Shown here: positions 22,477 through 33,001 of the stretch, in pieces
Layout of the letters: the number at the start of each line of letters is the position of its first letter
Numbering within the stretch: position 1 is the stretch's first letter
Assembly: GCA_965248835.1 (NCBI GenBank)
Contig: CBDFLJ010000002.1
Coordinates: forward strand, 288,001 to 352,000
Length of the DNA: 64,000 nucleotides
Source: Alphaproteobacteria bacterium
GTDB lineage: Bacteria > Pseudomonadota > Alphaproteobacteria > MPNO01
Direction of reading: 5' to 3'
Notes under the pieces: model-generated
The model's input: only the letters and a program-made list of their open reading frames with translations
Database searches by the model: none
What the model was told of the DNA's origin: nothing
Position numbers and translations under genes: made by a program

Positions 22477-23694
22477 ATGAGCATCGCAACGGTCGTCGCG
22501 CCGAGGGTGGATGTCCCGCCCTATGACGAGCTGGTCGCGGGTGCGTGCGCGATGGTCGGGGATGTCGCATCCCGGGCTGCCCAGTGCGAGGCCGACTGCC
22601 GCATCTCCGATGAGATCATCGAGCGGTTCAAGGCGACCACCCTGCACCGGATCATCCAGCCGGCCGCCTATGGCGGGTACGAGATGGGGTTTTCGGCGCT
22701 GCTCGAGACCAGCTTTACCCTCGCCACGGTCTGTGCGTCGACCGCGTGGGTGTGTGGGATCTACATGGCCCATAACTGGCTCGGCGGGCTGTTTCCGAAG
22801 CAGGCCCAGGACGAGGTGTGGGGCGAAGACCCCGATGCGGTCATCTCCGGCTCCTACGCGCCGGTCGGCAAGGCGACCACGGCTACCGGCGGCTACCGGC
22901 TATCGGGGCGGTTTCCGTTTTCCAGCGGGTCGCCGTCGGCCGACTGGAACCTGTGCGGCGTGATGTTGCCGCTGGGACCCGAGGGCAAGCCGATGCCGTG
23001 CTTCGCGCTGGTGCCCAAGGCGGACTACGCGATCGATTGGGCAAGCTGGCGCCCGGTCGGGCTTGCCGGCACGGGGAGCTTCGATGTCGTCGTCGATGAC
23101 GTCTTCGTGCCGGACCACCGGGTGCTGGGCATCCCCGATGCGGCCTGCAGCGCCGCGCCGGGTGCGGATGTCAACACCAACCCGCTCTACCGGATCTCGC
23201 TCCTGACCTCGGTGCCGTTCGCGCTCGCGATGCCTTCCGTCGGCGCCGCTTGCGGCGCGCTGGAGCATTTCATCGAAGAGAACCGGGTGCGCGAGACCCA
23301 TGGCGCGGTGGTCCTCGGCGGAAAGCGGATCGCCGACTTCCAGACCGTCCAGAAACGCATCGGCGAGGCGGCGGTGCGCATCGATGCCGGGCGTGCGCTC
23401 GCCGCGCGCGACGTCGTGGCGGCGGAGGACGAGGCCCGGCGCGAGGGGGCGACCTCGATGGACCGGCGCCTGCGCAACCGGCGCACCCAGTCCTTCATGG
23501 CGCACGAGGCGCAGACCGCAATCAACCTGGTCTTCGATGCCGCCGGCGGCCGCACGCTGCAGCACGACCACCCGATCCAGCGCGCCTGGCGCGATGTCGC
23601 CGCGATCACCCACCACATCAGCCTGAACTTCGATGCGGTGATGTCGATGTACGGCCAGCACAGGTTCGGCCTGACGCTGGAGGGGCAATATTAG
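22477..23694 (+). CDS. Two-component flavin-dependent monooxygenase, oxygenase subunit (acyl-CoA dehydrogenase fold, HsaA-like)
   Basis: QPAAYGG, STAWV, FSSGS, GLAGTGS, PIQRAWRD. Confidence 0.85.
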   Translation: MSIATVVAPRVDVPPYDELVAGACAMVGDVASRAAQCEADCRISDEIIERFKATTLHRIIQPAAYGGYEMGFSALLETSFTLATVCASTAWVCGIYMAHNWLGGLFPKQAQDEVWGEDPDAVISGSYAPVGKATTATGGYRLSGRFPFSSGSPSADWNLCGVMLPLGPEGKPMPCFALVPKADYAIDWASWRPVGLAGTGSFDVVVDDVFVPDHRVLGIPDAACSAAPGADVNTNPLYRISLLTSVPFALAMPSVGAACGALEHFIEENRVRETHGAVVLGGKRIADFQTVQKRIGEAAVRIDAGRALAARDVVAAEDEARREGATSMDRRLRNRRTQSFMAHEAQTAINLVFDAAGGRTLQHDHPIQRAWRDVAAITHHISLNFDAVMSMYGQHRFGLTLEGQY

Positions 23695-23753
23695 AGCGCT
23701 TCGGGCTCGACCTGGATCGGAAAGGAGGCGGCGGCAAGCCGGCTCGATCGGTA

Positions 23754-25490
23754 TCAGCGGCGCCGGCTTGCCGTCGCCGCCTCGTCGATGTCGAACCCGC
23801 CGGGTTCGAGCACCACGCCGTAGATCTCCTCGGCCGCCTGCCTCGAAATGACGCCGTCGCGGACTTCGGCGGCGACGGTCTCGGCCGGGCGGTGGTGCGG
23901 GTCGCCGTAGCCGCCGCCGCCGCCGGCGATCTGGCGGAAGACGGTGCCGGTCGGGATGCCGCGGATGATTTCCTTGGATTTCGGCCGCCGTTCGGTGCCG
24001 TCGGGGTAGCGGAAGACCGCTTCGTTCAGGCAGCCCGGCTGGCCGCCGAACAGGCCGAAGGCGCGTGCGCCGTCCTCGATCCCGTCGCCGAAGGCGACCG
24101 CCATCACGTCGGTGCCGTCGATCCGGAAGACCGTCTCGATGCCGAGACCGCCGCGCCAGCGGCCCGGCCCCGCCGAGTCGGTCAGGTATTCGTGGCGCTC
24201 GAGCAGATGCGGGTTCTGGATTTCGAACATCTCGTAATCCTGGGCTAGGATTCCCCCGGCGCAGTTGATCAGCCCGATATGGTCATAGCCGTCGGCCATC
24301 CAGGTCGCGCCGGAACCGCCCTTGAGCGCGAGGAACAGGATATCGACGTATGGCTTGCCGTGGCGAGGGTCGGCCCCGGTGACCGCGAAACCCAGGAATC
24401 GGTTCCAGCCGGCGGTCACCATCTTCGGCACCGCGGCCGCAAAGGCGCGCATGATCGCATCCGATGTCGGGCCGGTGATCGAGTTGCCGAAGGTCGTGGC
24501 CGCCGGGAAAGCGGCGTTGAGGAACGAGCCTTCCGGGTTGATGATCCTCACCCGGCGCTGGATGCCGGCATTGTGCGGCACCTCGGGGTCGATCAGCATC
24601 AGGAAGCTCAGCATGACCGCCGATGCGGTGGCCGCGAAGGGTGCGTTGACGAAGCCCGGCGTCTGGCCGGACGACCCGGTGAAGTCGAAGGTGACCGTGC
24701 CCCCCTCGACCGTGACCTCGAGCGCGATCCGCATCTGCGATCCCTCGCTCACGCCGTCATAGTAGACTGTGCTCTCGCCGGTGTAGCATCCGTCGGGGAT
24801 CGCCTCGATCTCGGCGGCGACCAGGCGCTCGGTGCTGTCGAACAGATATTCCTTGTGGGCGCGGAAGGACTCCAGCCCGTAGCGGTCGATGAGCGCGATC
24901 ACGCCGCGCTCGCCGACCACCGTGCCGCCGATCTGCGCCTTGATGTCGTCTTCGACGATGCGGTAACGGATGTTGGCGAAGATCATCCGCCACACGTCCG
25001 CGCGCAGCGTGCCGCGGTCATAGACCTTGAGCGGCGGGATTCGCAGCGCCTCCTGCCAGACTTCGCGGGCATCGGGATTGTAGCCGCCGGCGACCGCGCC
25101 GCCGATGTCGGCCTGGTGGCCCTTGCAGGCCGCCCAGGCGACCAGCGTGCCGTCTGTGAAGACCGGCCGGAAGACGGCGACATCGTTGTTCTGGTTGCCG
25201 CCGGAGAAAACGTCGTTGTGCAGGAATACGTCGCCCGGATGGATGTCCGCGGCGAACGCCTCGATGATCCGCTTGCACACTGGCTGGAGCGCGAAGGCGA
25301 GAACCGGGATGTATTCGGTCTGCTCGAGCATGTCGCCGTTCTCGTCATAGAGCCCGGTGACGAAGTCGCGCGCCTCGTTCAAGATCGGCGAGCGCGTGGT
25401 GCGCAGCAGCGTCAGCCCCATTTCTTCGGTGATCGACTTCAGCCGATGGCCGATGACCGAGGCCGTGATCGGATCGACGCTCACGCTCAT
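23754..25490 (-). CDS. Hydantoinase B/oxoprolinase family subunit
   Basis: RSPILNEARDF, HQADIGG, EALRIPP, DSAGPGRWRGG, GGGGYGDP. Confidence 0.92.
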   Translation of the reverse strand: MSVSVDPITASVIGHRLKSITEEMGLTLLRTTRSPILNEARDFVTGLYDENGDMLEQTEYIPVLAFALQPVCKRIIEAFAADIHPGDVFLHNDVFSGGNQNNDVAVFRPVFTDGTLVAWAACKGHQADIGGAVAGGYNPDAREVWQEALRIPPLKVYDRGTLRADVWRMIFANIRYRIVEDDIKAQIGGTVVGERGVIALIDRYGLESFRAHKEYLFDSTERLVAAEIEAIPDGCYTGESTVYYDGVSEGSQMRIALEVTVEGGTVTFDFTGSSGQTPGFVNAPFAATASAVMLSFLMLIDPEVPHNAGIQRRVRIINPEGSFLNAAFPAATTFGNSITGPTSDAIMRAFAAAVPKMVTAGWNRFLGFAVTGADPRHGKPYVDILFLALKGGSGATWMADGYDHIGLINCAGGILAQDYEMFEIQNPHLLERHEYLTDSAGPGRWRGGLGIETVFRIDGTDVMAVAFGDGIEDGARAFGLFGGQPGCLNEAVFRYPDGTERRPKSKEIIRGIPTGTVFRQIAGGGGGYGDPHHRPAETVAAEVRDGVISRQAAEEIYGVVLEPGGFDIDEAATASRRR

Positions 25491-27580
25491 CGGCCGCCGC
25501 CTCCGGTGAGGATCAGCGTGCCGAGGCCATCGACGGCGAGGTCGAAGCGAGCGGGCAGGAACGTCGTGGTCACCGCGGTCTCGATGATCGCGGGCCCGGC
25601 GATCTCGAACCCCGGCGCGAGCGCCTCGCCGTCGAAGACCGCGACCTCGGCAAAGGCCTCGGCATCGGGCAGGTAGACCGGACGGCTTCCCTTGCGGGGG
25701 GCTTCACCGGTGGGTGTCGGGCTCGCGAGCCGGGGCTTGTCGGTGATGCCATGGGCGGTCAGGCGGATGTTGACCAGTTCGACATCCGTGTCCGTATCGC
25801 CCAGGTGATAGCCGAAAAGCCGGTCGTGGGCGGCGTGGAAACGCTCGGCGATCCCGGCTACGTCGAGATCGAGCAGGGCATGCCGGTCGATCCCCTCCAC
25901 CCGGACCTCGTGGTACTGCCCGACATAGCGCAGGTCGAGCGCGTGGACGAGGCGCCGGCGCTTCGGCGGAATGCCGTCGGCCGCCAGCGTCCGGGCGGCC
26001 TCGTCTTCCATTTCCTCGACTAGCAAGGCAAGCCGCCCGGCCTCCAACGCCGCGGGTGAAAAAATTGCCGCGCAGGACCGCACATAGTCGTGGCGCAGAT
26101 CGGTCCGCAGCATGCCTGCTGCGCACAGGATCGACGCCTCGCGCGGCACCAGCACCCGTTCGATGCCGAGCTCGCGGGCGATCATCGCCGCGTGGATCGC
26201 GCCCGCCCCGCCGGCGCAAACCAGCGGGAAGCCGCGCGGGTCGCGGCCGCGCTCGACCGAGACCTCGCGGATGGCCGAGGCCATGGTGACGTTCATCACC
26301 CGGTACATCCCGGCGGCCGCCGCGACGACGTCGAGGCCGAGCGGGGCGGCGATGTGCGCGCCGATCGCCGCCTCGGCCGCATCCGTATCGAGCCTCAAAC
26401 GCCCGCCGGCGAAGTAGTCCGCCGACAGATAGCCCAGGACCAGATTGGCGTCGCTGCATGTCGGCCGCGTCCCGCCCAGGCCGTAGCAGGCGGGTCCCGG
26501 CTTGGCGCCGGCGCTGTCCGGGCCCATGCGCAGCAGACCGCCGCCGTCGATCCAACCGATCGAGCCGCCGCCGGCGCCGATCGTCTTGATGTCCATGCTG
26601 GGCAGTGCCATCGCGAACCGGTTGACCGAGGCCGTGGTGGTGACCGCCGGCGTACCGCCCTGTACCAGCGAGGCCTCGAAGCTGGTGCCGCCCATGTCGA
26701 TGGTGATGAAGCTGTCCTCGCCATGGGGGGCGAGGTAGGCCTGGCTCGCCGCCGGGGCTGCCGCCGGGCCGGACAGCAGGGTCAGCGCCGCGCGAGCCGA
26801 CGCGGTCTCGGGCGCGGTGACGCCGCCATTGGACTGCATGACCAGGAGCGCGCCCGCGAAGCCCGCCGCGGCCAGCCGCCCGGTGAGCCGGTCTAGATAG
26901 CGCGCGAGGATCGGGCCGACCGCGGCACTGAGCACCGTCGTTGCGGTGCGCTCGTAATAGCGGATCTGTGGGATGATCTCGCTGGAGACCGCGATATAGG
27001 CCTCGGGCATCAGCGCCCGAAGCCTCTCTGCGGCCAGCCGCTCATGGGCGCCGTCGGCGTGGGCGTGCATAAAACAGATCGCCACCGCTTCGACGCCGTG
27101 GGCCTTGAAGGCTTCGACCGCCGCGTCGACATCGCCGAGTTCCGGCGGGGCGATCTCGCGGCCTGCATAGTCCAGCCGGCCGCGTACCGGCAGGCGCAGG
27201 TGGCGCGGCACGACGGGCACGGGCGCGGCGTACTTGTTGTCGTAGAGCCGCTCGCGGATGCCGCGGCGCATCGCCAGCGCATCGCGGAAGCCGGCGGTGG
27301 CCAGGAGCCCGGTCCGCGCCGTCCGTCCGGTGAGGACGGCGTTGGTCGTCACCGTCGTGCCGTGGACGATGCGCTCCACCGCGGCGACGAATTCCGGCAG
27401 CGCCGAGCCGGACAAAGCGGCGAGCTCGCCGAGCCCGGCCATGACGGCCTCGGACGGATCCTCGGGGCTCGACAGCACCTTGTGAATCCGGCTTGCCCCG
27501 TCCTCGTCCATCACCAGGAAGTCGGTGAAGGTGCCGCCGACATCGATGCCGATGCGGTAGCGAGCGGGAGACTTATTCAT
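25487..27580 (-). CDS. Hydantoinase A/oxoprolinase family ATPase subunit
   Basis: GIDVGGTFTD, HGTTVTTNA, SGPAA, DMGGTS, GAGGGSI, LRYVGQYHE. Confidence 0.93.
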   Translation of the reverse strand: MNKSPARYRIGIDVGGTFTDFLVMDEDGASRIHKVLSSPEDPSEAVMAGLGELAALSGSALPEFVAAVERIVHGTTVTTNAVLTGRTARTGLLATAGFRDALAMRRGIRERLYDNKYAAPVPVVPRHLRLPVRGRLDYAGREIAPPELGDVDAAVEAFKAHGVEAVAICFMHAHADGAHERLAAERLRALMPEAYIAVSSEIIPQIRYYERTATTVLSAAVGPILARYLDRLTGRLAAAGFAGALLVMQSNGGVTAPETASARAALTLLSGPAAAPAASQAYLAPHGEDSFITIDMGGTSFEASLVQGGTPAVTTTASVNRFAMALPSMDIKTIGAGGGSIGWIDGGGLLRMGPDSAGAKPGPACYGLGGTRPTCSDANLVLGYLSADYFAGGRLRLDTDAAEAAIGAHIAAPLGLDVVAAAAGMYRVMNVTMASAIREVSVERGRDPRGFPLVCAGGAGAIHAAMIARELGIERVLVPREASILCAAGMLRTDLRHDYVRSCAAIFSPAALEAGRLALLVEEMEDEAARTLAADGIPPKRRRLVHALDLRYVGQYHEVRVEGIDRHALLDLDVAGIAERFHAAHDRLFGYHLGDTDTDVELVNIRLTAHGITDKPRLASPTPTGEAPRKGSRPVYLPDAEAFAEVAVFDGEALAPGFEIAGPAIIETAVTTTFLPARFDLAVDGLGTLILTGGGGR

Positions 27581-28010
27581 AATATATTGTTTTTACGTTA
27601 TTTTTTTCGTGTTCGGATGTGCGTGCAATGGAAACCCGTCAACCGACCGTAAGCGTGTCGCAAGCGGATTCATTATAACGCCGGCGCATCCAGTCGCGCC
27701 CTTGTCGCAGCATTACACCGGCACCCGCCTTGCCCGGCCCCACCGCGCCACGCTCCGAAACAGCCGTTCCATCCCCCGAAAACACTCCATCGTATAGGCC
27801 GATCCGCGTCCTTGCCGCATCGCGGCCCGAACCTCGAACGTAACGGCCCGGCGATGGCCGGTTCCAGTGTAGCCGTCGGCCCGCCATCGGTCACTCGGAC
27901 CGCCGACCCGCCCGCTGGTTGCGGGTTTGAGTGTTTTCCGGGCATCGTGTTGGTAGACGGCAGCACTGTCGGACAAAGTCTTGGCTTTTGCAGATGATGG
28001 AGAAGACACC

Positions 28011-28451
28011 GTGACACGAACGTCCGCGCAGCGGGTGACCCTGATCACGCTCGGGGTTGACGACCTTGAGCGATCCGGCGCGTTCTACAGTGCCCTCGGC
28101 TGGCGGGCGGCGGAAGAATTGCCGGAAGTGATCTTCTTCCGGATGAAAGGCTTCATGCTCGGTCTGTTCGGCAAGGAAGCGCTGGCCCGGGACCAGGGAC
28201 GGTCCGGAGTCAGCCTCGGCGCCGGGGCAATGGCGCTTGCGCGCAACTACCCCTCCGAGTCCGAAGTGGACGCGGCGTTCGCCGCGGCGGTTTCGGCGGG
28301 CGCGACCGTGCTGAAAGTACCCGAGAAGGTCTCCTGGGGCGGTTACTCCGGCTACTACGCCGATCCGGACGGCCACGTCTGGGAGGTCGCGCACAACCCG
28401 TTCTGGCCGCTCGACGAGGACGGGTACCTTGCCGAACCGAACGGCCAATGA
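28011..28451 (+). CDS. VOC/glyoxalase family protein
   Basis: ITLGVDDLERS, WGGYSGYYADPDGHVWEVAHNP. Confidence 0.9.
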   Translation: MTRTSAQRVTLITLGVDDLERSGAFYSALGWRAAEELPEVIFFRMKGFMLGLFGKEALARDQGRSGVSLGAGAMALARNYPSESEVDAAFAAAVSAGATVLKVPEKVSWGGYSGYYADPDGHVWEVAHNPFWPLDEDGYLAEPNGQ

Positions 28452-28757
28452 ACGGGTTGGTCGGCCACGTCGAGCCGATTGCGGTTCCGCACGCCGGGAG
28501 CGAACCATGACCGGCGCCGCAAGCCGGGAAGATCCCGCGGTCACGCACGGGGTCAAGCAAGCGTTCTTTCTCGTCGATCCCGGCTCTCGCGACCTGCTTG
28601 CCGACCCGGACTCCGCCGACCCGGTTCGGGACAGGTAGGACGGCGGGGCGTGTTCGGCCGTTTGCTGTTCGATTGCGGCGCGATTGATGCTATGATAGCC
28701 GTAAGACCGCGTGAGCGCGCAACGCCGAGCAAGATCGGAAGACCGGAGACGCCGAAA

Positions 28758-29825
28758 ATGACCGAAAACGCCATTCTGCCATTCGTGCGCAATGCCTGGT
28801 ACATGGCCGCCTGGGCCGACGAACTCGACGACGGCCCGCTGGCGCGGACCATCATGAACCAGCCCATCGCGCTTTACCGCGACGCGACCGGCAAGGTCGG
28901 TGCGCTCGAGGACCGCTGCTGCCATCGCGGCGCGCCGCTGACCCATGGCACCGTCGTCGCGGACGGCTTGGAGTGCGGCTATCACGGCCTCATCTACGAT
29001 ACCGACGGGAAATGCGTCGTCGTCCCCGGCCAGAAGAACATTCCGCCGGCCGCGCGTATCCGGAGCTTCCCGGTCGTCGAAAAGAACCAGAACGTCTGGA
29101 TCTGGATGGGCGATCCGGCGCTCGCAGATGAGAGCAAGATCGTCGATTACCCCTATCACGACGACGCCAAGAACTGGCCCTACTGCAAGGCCGTGGTGCC
29201 GATCAAGGCGAACTACCTGTTCATGATCGACAATCTGATGGACCTCACCCATCTGGGCTATGTCCATGCCCGGACCATCGGCGGCCAGCCGAATGCCCAT
29301 GTCGGGGCCCAGATGGAGATCAGGCCGACCGAGAACGGCGCCTACTTCATCCGCTGGATGCTGGAGCATGATCCGCCGCCGACCTACAAGAGGGGCGGCG
29401 ATTTCACCGGCAAGGTCGACCGTTGGCAGGAGTTCGAGTACGTCGCCCCGGGTGTCGTGCTCCAGTGGTCGGGCGCTCTCGAGGTCGGCCGCGGCGCCAA
29501 GGAAAGCCGCGAGCAGCCGGGATTCCACCTGCGCCTGCTGCACTGCGCGACGCCGGAGACCGAGAACACGTTCCACTACTTCTGGTCGACCGCGCACGGC
29601 TACCGGCAGGACGATCCTGCGGCGACCCAGGAGATGTATGACGAGATCTATCCGACCTTCATCGAGGACAAGGTCATCATGGAGGCCCAGCAGGAGCGGA
29701 TCGACCTCGACCGGACGCGCCCGCTGGTGGAGATCCACGCCGACGGCGCGCTGGCGCTGGCCCGCATCGCGCTGGGCCGGATGATCGCGGCCGAACAGAC
29801 CCAGGTCAGCCAGGCCGCCGAATAG
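28758..29825 (+). CDS. Rieske non-heme iron oxygenase alpha subunit (VanA-like demethylase family)
   Basis: DRCCHRG...CGYHG Rieske motif; DNLMDLTHLGYVH mononuclear Fe motif. Confidence 0.9.
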   Translation: MTENAILPFVRNAWYMAAWADELDDGPLARTIMNQPIALYRDATGKVGALEDRCCHRGAPLTHGTVVADGLECGYHGLIYDTDGKCVVVPGQKNIPPAARIRSFPVVEKNQNVWIWMGDPALADESKIVDYPYHDDAKNWPYCKAVVPIKANYLFMIDNLMDLTHLGYVHARTIGGQPNAHVGAQMEIRPTENGAYFIRWMLEHDPPPTYKRGGDFTGKVDRWQEFEYVAPGVVLQWSGALEVGRGAKESREQPGFHLRLLHCATPETENTFHYFWSTAHGYRQDDPAATQEMYDEIYPTFIEDKVIMEAQQERIDLDRTRPLVEIHADGALALARIALGRMIAAEQTQVSQAAE

Positions 29826-29831
29826 GGCAGG

Positions 29832-29870
29832 GCCCGACCACCCCCGGCGGCGCGCCGGGGGTGGTCGGGC
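29832..29870. terminator. Perfect 18-bp hairpin between convergent genes
   Basis: GCCCGACCACCCCCGGCG-gcg-CGCCGGGGGTGGTCGGGC; no U-tract, so the terminator role is inferred. Confidence 0.6.
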
Positions 29871-29879
29871 GGCGCTGTC

Positions 29880-30713
29880 TCAGGCGCTCTGCCGGAACTG
29901 CGGGTTGGTGTACTGGGCGTTGTGCGCCAGCATCATCTTGATGAGGCCGGGCAACCGGTCTTCGGTCGGCACCGGGTCGGTGTCCCAATGGCCGTACCGG
30001 TCCTCGCCGCGCACCAGAAGCGCCGGGCGCCGCTCCAGCGTCGACTTGACGTGCGGCGGAATCAGGAAGAACGAGTAGCCGATCCGGATCTTGTCGGAGT
30101 TGTTGGGAAAGGACGCATGCGCGGTGCGCTCCTTGTGGATCGAGAACTGGCCCTGCCCCAGCTCCATGTGGACGGCCTTGGATTCGTCGAGCCCGCGGAT
30201 CGTCTGGCCGCGGCCGAGCAGGTTCTTTTTCTCGCCCGGCGCCTCGCCGGGCGCGTTCTCGTGGGACTCGTCGTGGTCGTAGCCGATTTCGTGGCTGCCC
30301 GGCATCACGCGCAGACAGCCGTTCTGCTTGTTGGCCGGGGTCAGCGCGAGCCAGCAGGTCACCATGTCGTGCGGGTCGCAGCCGAAATACGCCGAGTCCT
30401 GATGCCATGAGACGAACGAGCCGTCGCCCGCGGGCTTGACCCAGAAGCGCGAGCCGAAGGCGAGAATATCGGGTCCGATCAGGTCCTCGGCCGCATCGAG
30501 GATCTTCTCCGTACGCACCAGGTCCCAGGCCTCGGGGAAGCACAGATGCCCCTTGAGCTTGAACACCCCGGGGTTGATCCCCTCACGGGCCTCGAAACTC
30601 TCGACCGCCGCCAAAAGCTCGTCGCAGCGCTCCTTGGGGATCCCGTCGACCGGAAAGAGATAGCCCTCACGATTGAAGGACGCGATCTGTTCCTCGCTCA
30701 GCACCTTAGGCAC
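29880..30713 (-). CDS. PhyH family Fe(II)/2OG dioxygenase (paralog of 80..904)
   Basis: FVSWHQDSAY, NGCLRVMPGSH, RTAHASFPN. Confidence 0.85.
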   Translation of the reverse strand: MPKVLSEEQIASFNREGYLFPVDGIPKERCDELLAAVESFEAREGINPGVFKLKGHLCFPEAWDLVRTEKILDAAEDLIGPDILAFGSRFWVKPAGDGSFVSWHQDSAYFGCDPHDMVTCWLALTPANKQNGCLRVMPGSHEIGYDHDESHENAPGEAPGEKKNLLGRGQTIRGLDESKAVHMELGQGQFSIHKERTAHASFPNNSDKIRIGYSFFLIPPHVKSTLERRPALLVRGEDRYGHWDTDPVPTEDRLPGLIKMMLAHNAQYTNPQFRQSA

Positions 30714-31069
30714 GATGCCCTCCTTGTTCTCTGTCAGCCGCCAGCATTGCCTTTCGCAATGCCGGATAATATCACGGTTGTCGGTCGCCGGTCGACTCGC
30801 GGGAACCGTCGGTGGAGCGCCCTAGGCTCTGGAGCCTAATGGTTAAGCGGAAACACCGTAAGGTCGCCAGGACCGACGTTCGTGGCCACAGGGCGGGATT
30901 GCCGTAGGAGCACCGTCCTTCCGAGTCCAGGCATATGGGGAAGTTTCGAGGTCGGGCGACGCTCAAGATCGGGATCGGTTACCAAGCGATGCGCGACGCT
31001 CCTGAGGTTTGTCATGCGTGCGTGGAAGGCGTGGCACGGCGGGCCATGCCCACCGTGCCAGAATTCGCC

Positions 31070-32191
31070 CTAGATCTTGTCGGGATCGAGCTTACTGAAG
31101 ACCTCGTCCCACAGGGCTTGCGCGAACTTGCCGGGATCGTCGCCGATCCGGGCGTGGATCTTCTCCCACTTGGCGACGTTGGCGAGATGAGTGTCGACGA
31201 TCGCACCGGCCGATTTTACCCCGTCCTTCTCCGCCAGCGTGGGAACGATACCCAGCTCCTTTTTCTTGTACGACTCGAACGCCGGACCCATGGAGCCGTC
31301 CTCGACGGCGATGGTGACGCCCCGCTTCGCCGCCTCCTTGCGCACCAGCACGTCCTCGGCCATGTAGCCCTTGATCGTTGTGTTGGCGATCAGGCTGGGG
31401 GCATGCTTGATCATCGCCATCTTCTCGGGCCCCGACAGGGCCTTCCAGGCGTCGCGGTTGACGACCATGGCCGATGGCGTCGCCTGGATGGCGAAGTTCG
31501 CGTCGAGCACGTGCTTGGTGAGGTCCCACAGCCCGAAGGACTGCAGCCAGCTGATTGGCCCGGCAATGCAATCGAGATTGCCGCGCTGGATCGCCTGGAC
31601 CGCCTTGGTCGGGCTTCCGCCGACCGGAACGGCGCCGACCGACTTCAGGAAGCGGCCGAGCGCGCCGACGACTCGTACCCGCCGCCCCTTCATGTCTGAT
31701 GCCTTGGTGATTGGCGCGCGACATAGCAGATTGAACCGTGTCGATGCATAGTTGGCCAAGAACAGCGCGTTGCTCTTGGCGAAATCGGCCTTACATGCCG
31801 GGCAATCGAGATGATAGGTCTCGGCCACGGCACCGGCCATGACGACGGGCGACACCGACGCGTTGATCAGATCGTAGACCACGTTGGCGGCACGCAGCTC
31901 CTTACGGGTGAAAGCGGGAATGACCGGCCCGCCCGCATCGGCGATGCGATCGCGGATGCCGGCCAGGTTGGCGCGGCCGCCGAACAACTGTCCGCCGGCC
32001 AGGAGCTTCCATTTGAGCGAGCCGCCGGTCTCCATGGTGACCGCCTCAAGGTAGGGCTTGACGCCCTCGGTCAAGACCACGTTCTTCGGGCCGTTCCACG
32101 ATCCGTATATGTATTCGGCCGCCGATGCGGGCTGTCCCGCAAAGGCCATCGCGGTAGCGAAGGGCGCCAAAAGAATCAATCTTCTCGACAT
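31070..32191 (-). CDS. dctP: TRAP transporter substrate-binding protein DctP
   Basis: Signal peptide, TGGSLKWKLLAGGQL, DMKGRRVRV, MVVNRDAWKALS. Confidence 0.85.
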   Translation of the reverse strand: MSRRLILLAPFATAMAFAGQPASAAEYIYGSWNGPKNVVLTEGVKPYLEAVTMETGGSLKWKLLAGGQLFGGRANLAGIRDRIADAGGPVIPAFTRKELRAANVVYDLINASVSPVVMAGAVAETYHLDCPACKADFAKSNALFLANYASTRFNLLCRAPITKASDMKGRRVRVVGALGRFLKSVGAVPVGGSPTKAVQAIQRGNLDCIAGPISWLQSFGLWDLTKHVLDANFAIQATPSAMVVNRDAWKALSGPEKMAMIKHAPSLIANTTIKGYMAEDVLVRKEAAKRGVTIAVEDGSMGPAFESYKKKELGIVPTLAEKDGVKSAGAIVDTHLANVAKWEKIHARIGDDPGKFAQALWDEVFSKLDPDKI

Positions 32192-32418
32192 CTCTCATCC
32201 CCTTCTCGGTTCTCGTTGTCCTATTTTCTTTGGGACCCGCGTCTGCGTCGACACGGCGCGGGGCAATGGGCACGATCCCCCCCAACTATATCGCCGGAGC
32301 CCTGGGTGACCGAGTCCAATCTTTCGTTGTTTCGGTTGAAGCTTGACCTCGCGCCTCAATTGCCGACAGTGGGGCGGGTCCACTTCCGCGCGCCATAACC
32401 GGGACGAGGGAGGGCAGC

Positions 32419-32964
32419 ATGGCGTCGCTCAACCCCGAGGCGCTTCTCAAGAGGCTCGGCGAGGGTCTCGCTGTCGCGGGCGGCGTTGCCCTGGTCCTGA
32501 TGATGTTGCACATCGTCGCCGACGTCGCCACCAAGTACCTGTTCAACGACCCGATCGACGGCACCACCGAAATCGTAGCCGCCTATTACATGGTGGCGGT
32601 CGTGTTCCTGCCGCTGGCCTATGTGACATTCGCCGAAGGCCATTTGATCGTCGAGCTGTTCACCGTGCGGATGACCGGCCGGCCGCTCGCCGCGCTGATC
32701 GGCTGCGCCGGGCTGATAACGCTCGCCTATCTCTTGTTCCTCGTCTACCACACCGGCGTCGAGGCGGTGCTGCGGACCGAGGACGGCGAGGCTTGGGAGA
32801 CCTCGGTCGAGCTCGTGGCGATTTGGCCCAGCCGCTGGTTCCTGACGATCGGCCTTGCCGCCATGGCGCTCTATGTCGCGCTGGCGGTGGTCCGCCACTT
32901 CAGCCGCGGTTCCCGGGAGCCGGGGTCAGCCCGGCTCGAGGTCCGCGCCCACGATATCTATTGA
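32419..32964 (+). CDS. dctQ: TRAP transporter small permease
   Basis: Four TM segments; DVATKYLFNDPIDGTTEI, GHLIVELF. Confidence 0.88.
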   Translation: MASLNPEALLKRLGEGLAVAGGVALVLMMLHIVADVATKYLFNDPIDGTTEIVAAYYMVAVVFLPLAYVTFAEGHLIVELFTVRMTGRPLAALIGCAGLITLAYLLFLVYHTGVEAVLRTEDGEAWETSVELVAIWPSRWFLTIGLAAMALYVALAVVRHFSRGSREPGSARLEVRAHDIY

Positions 32965-33001
32965 GCCTCGGTGGCGTGAACGACCGTTCGGAACCCCTGA
33001 C

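Noticed and set aside
28429-28757. Small ORF and N-terminal extension upstream of the Rieske gene
   Set aside because: No recognisable motif; the Rieske gene start fits ATG at 28758 with an upstream GGAG
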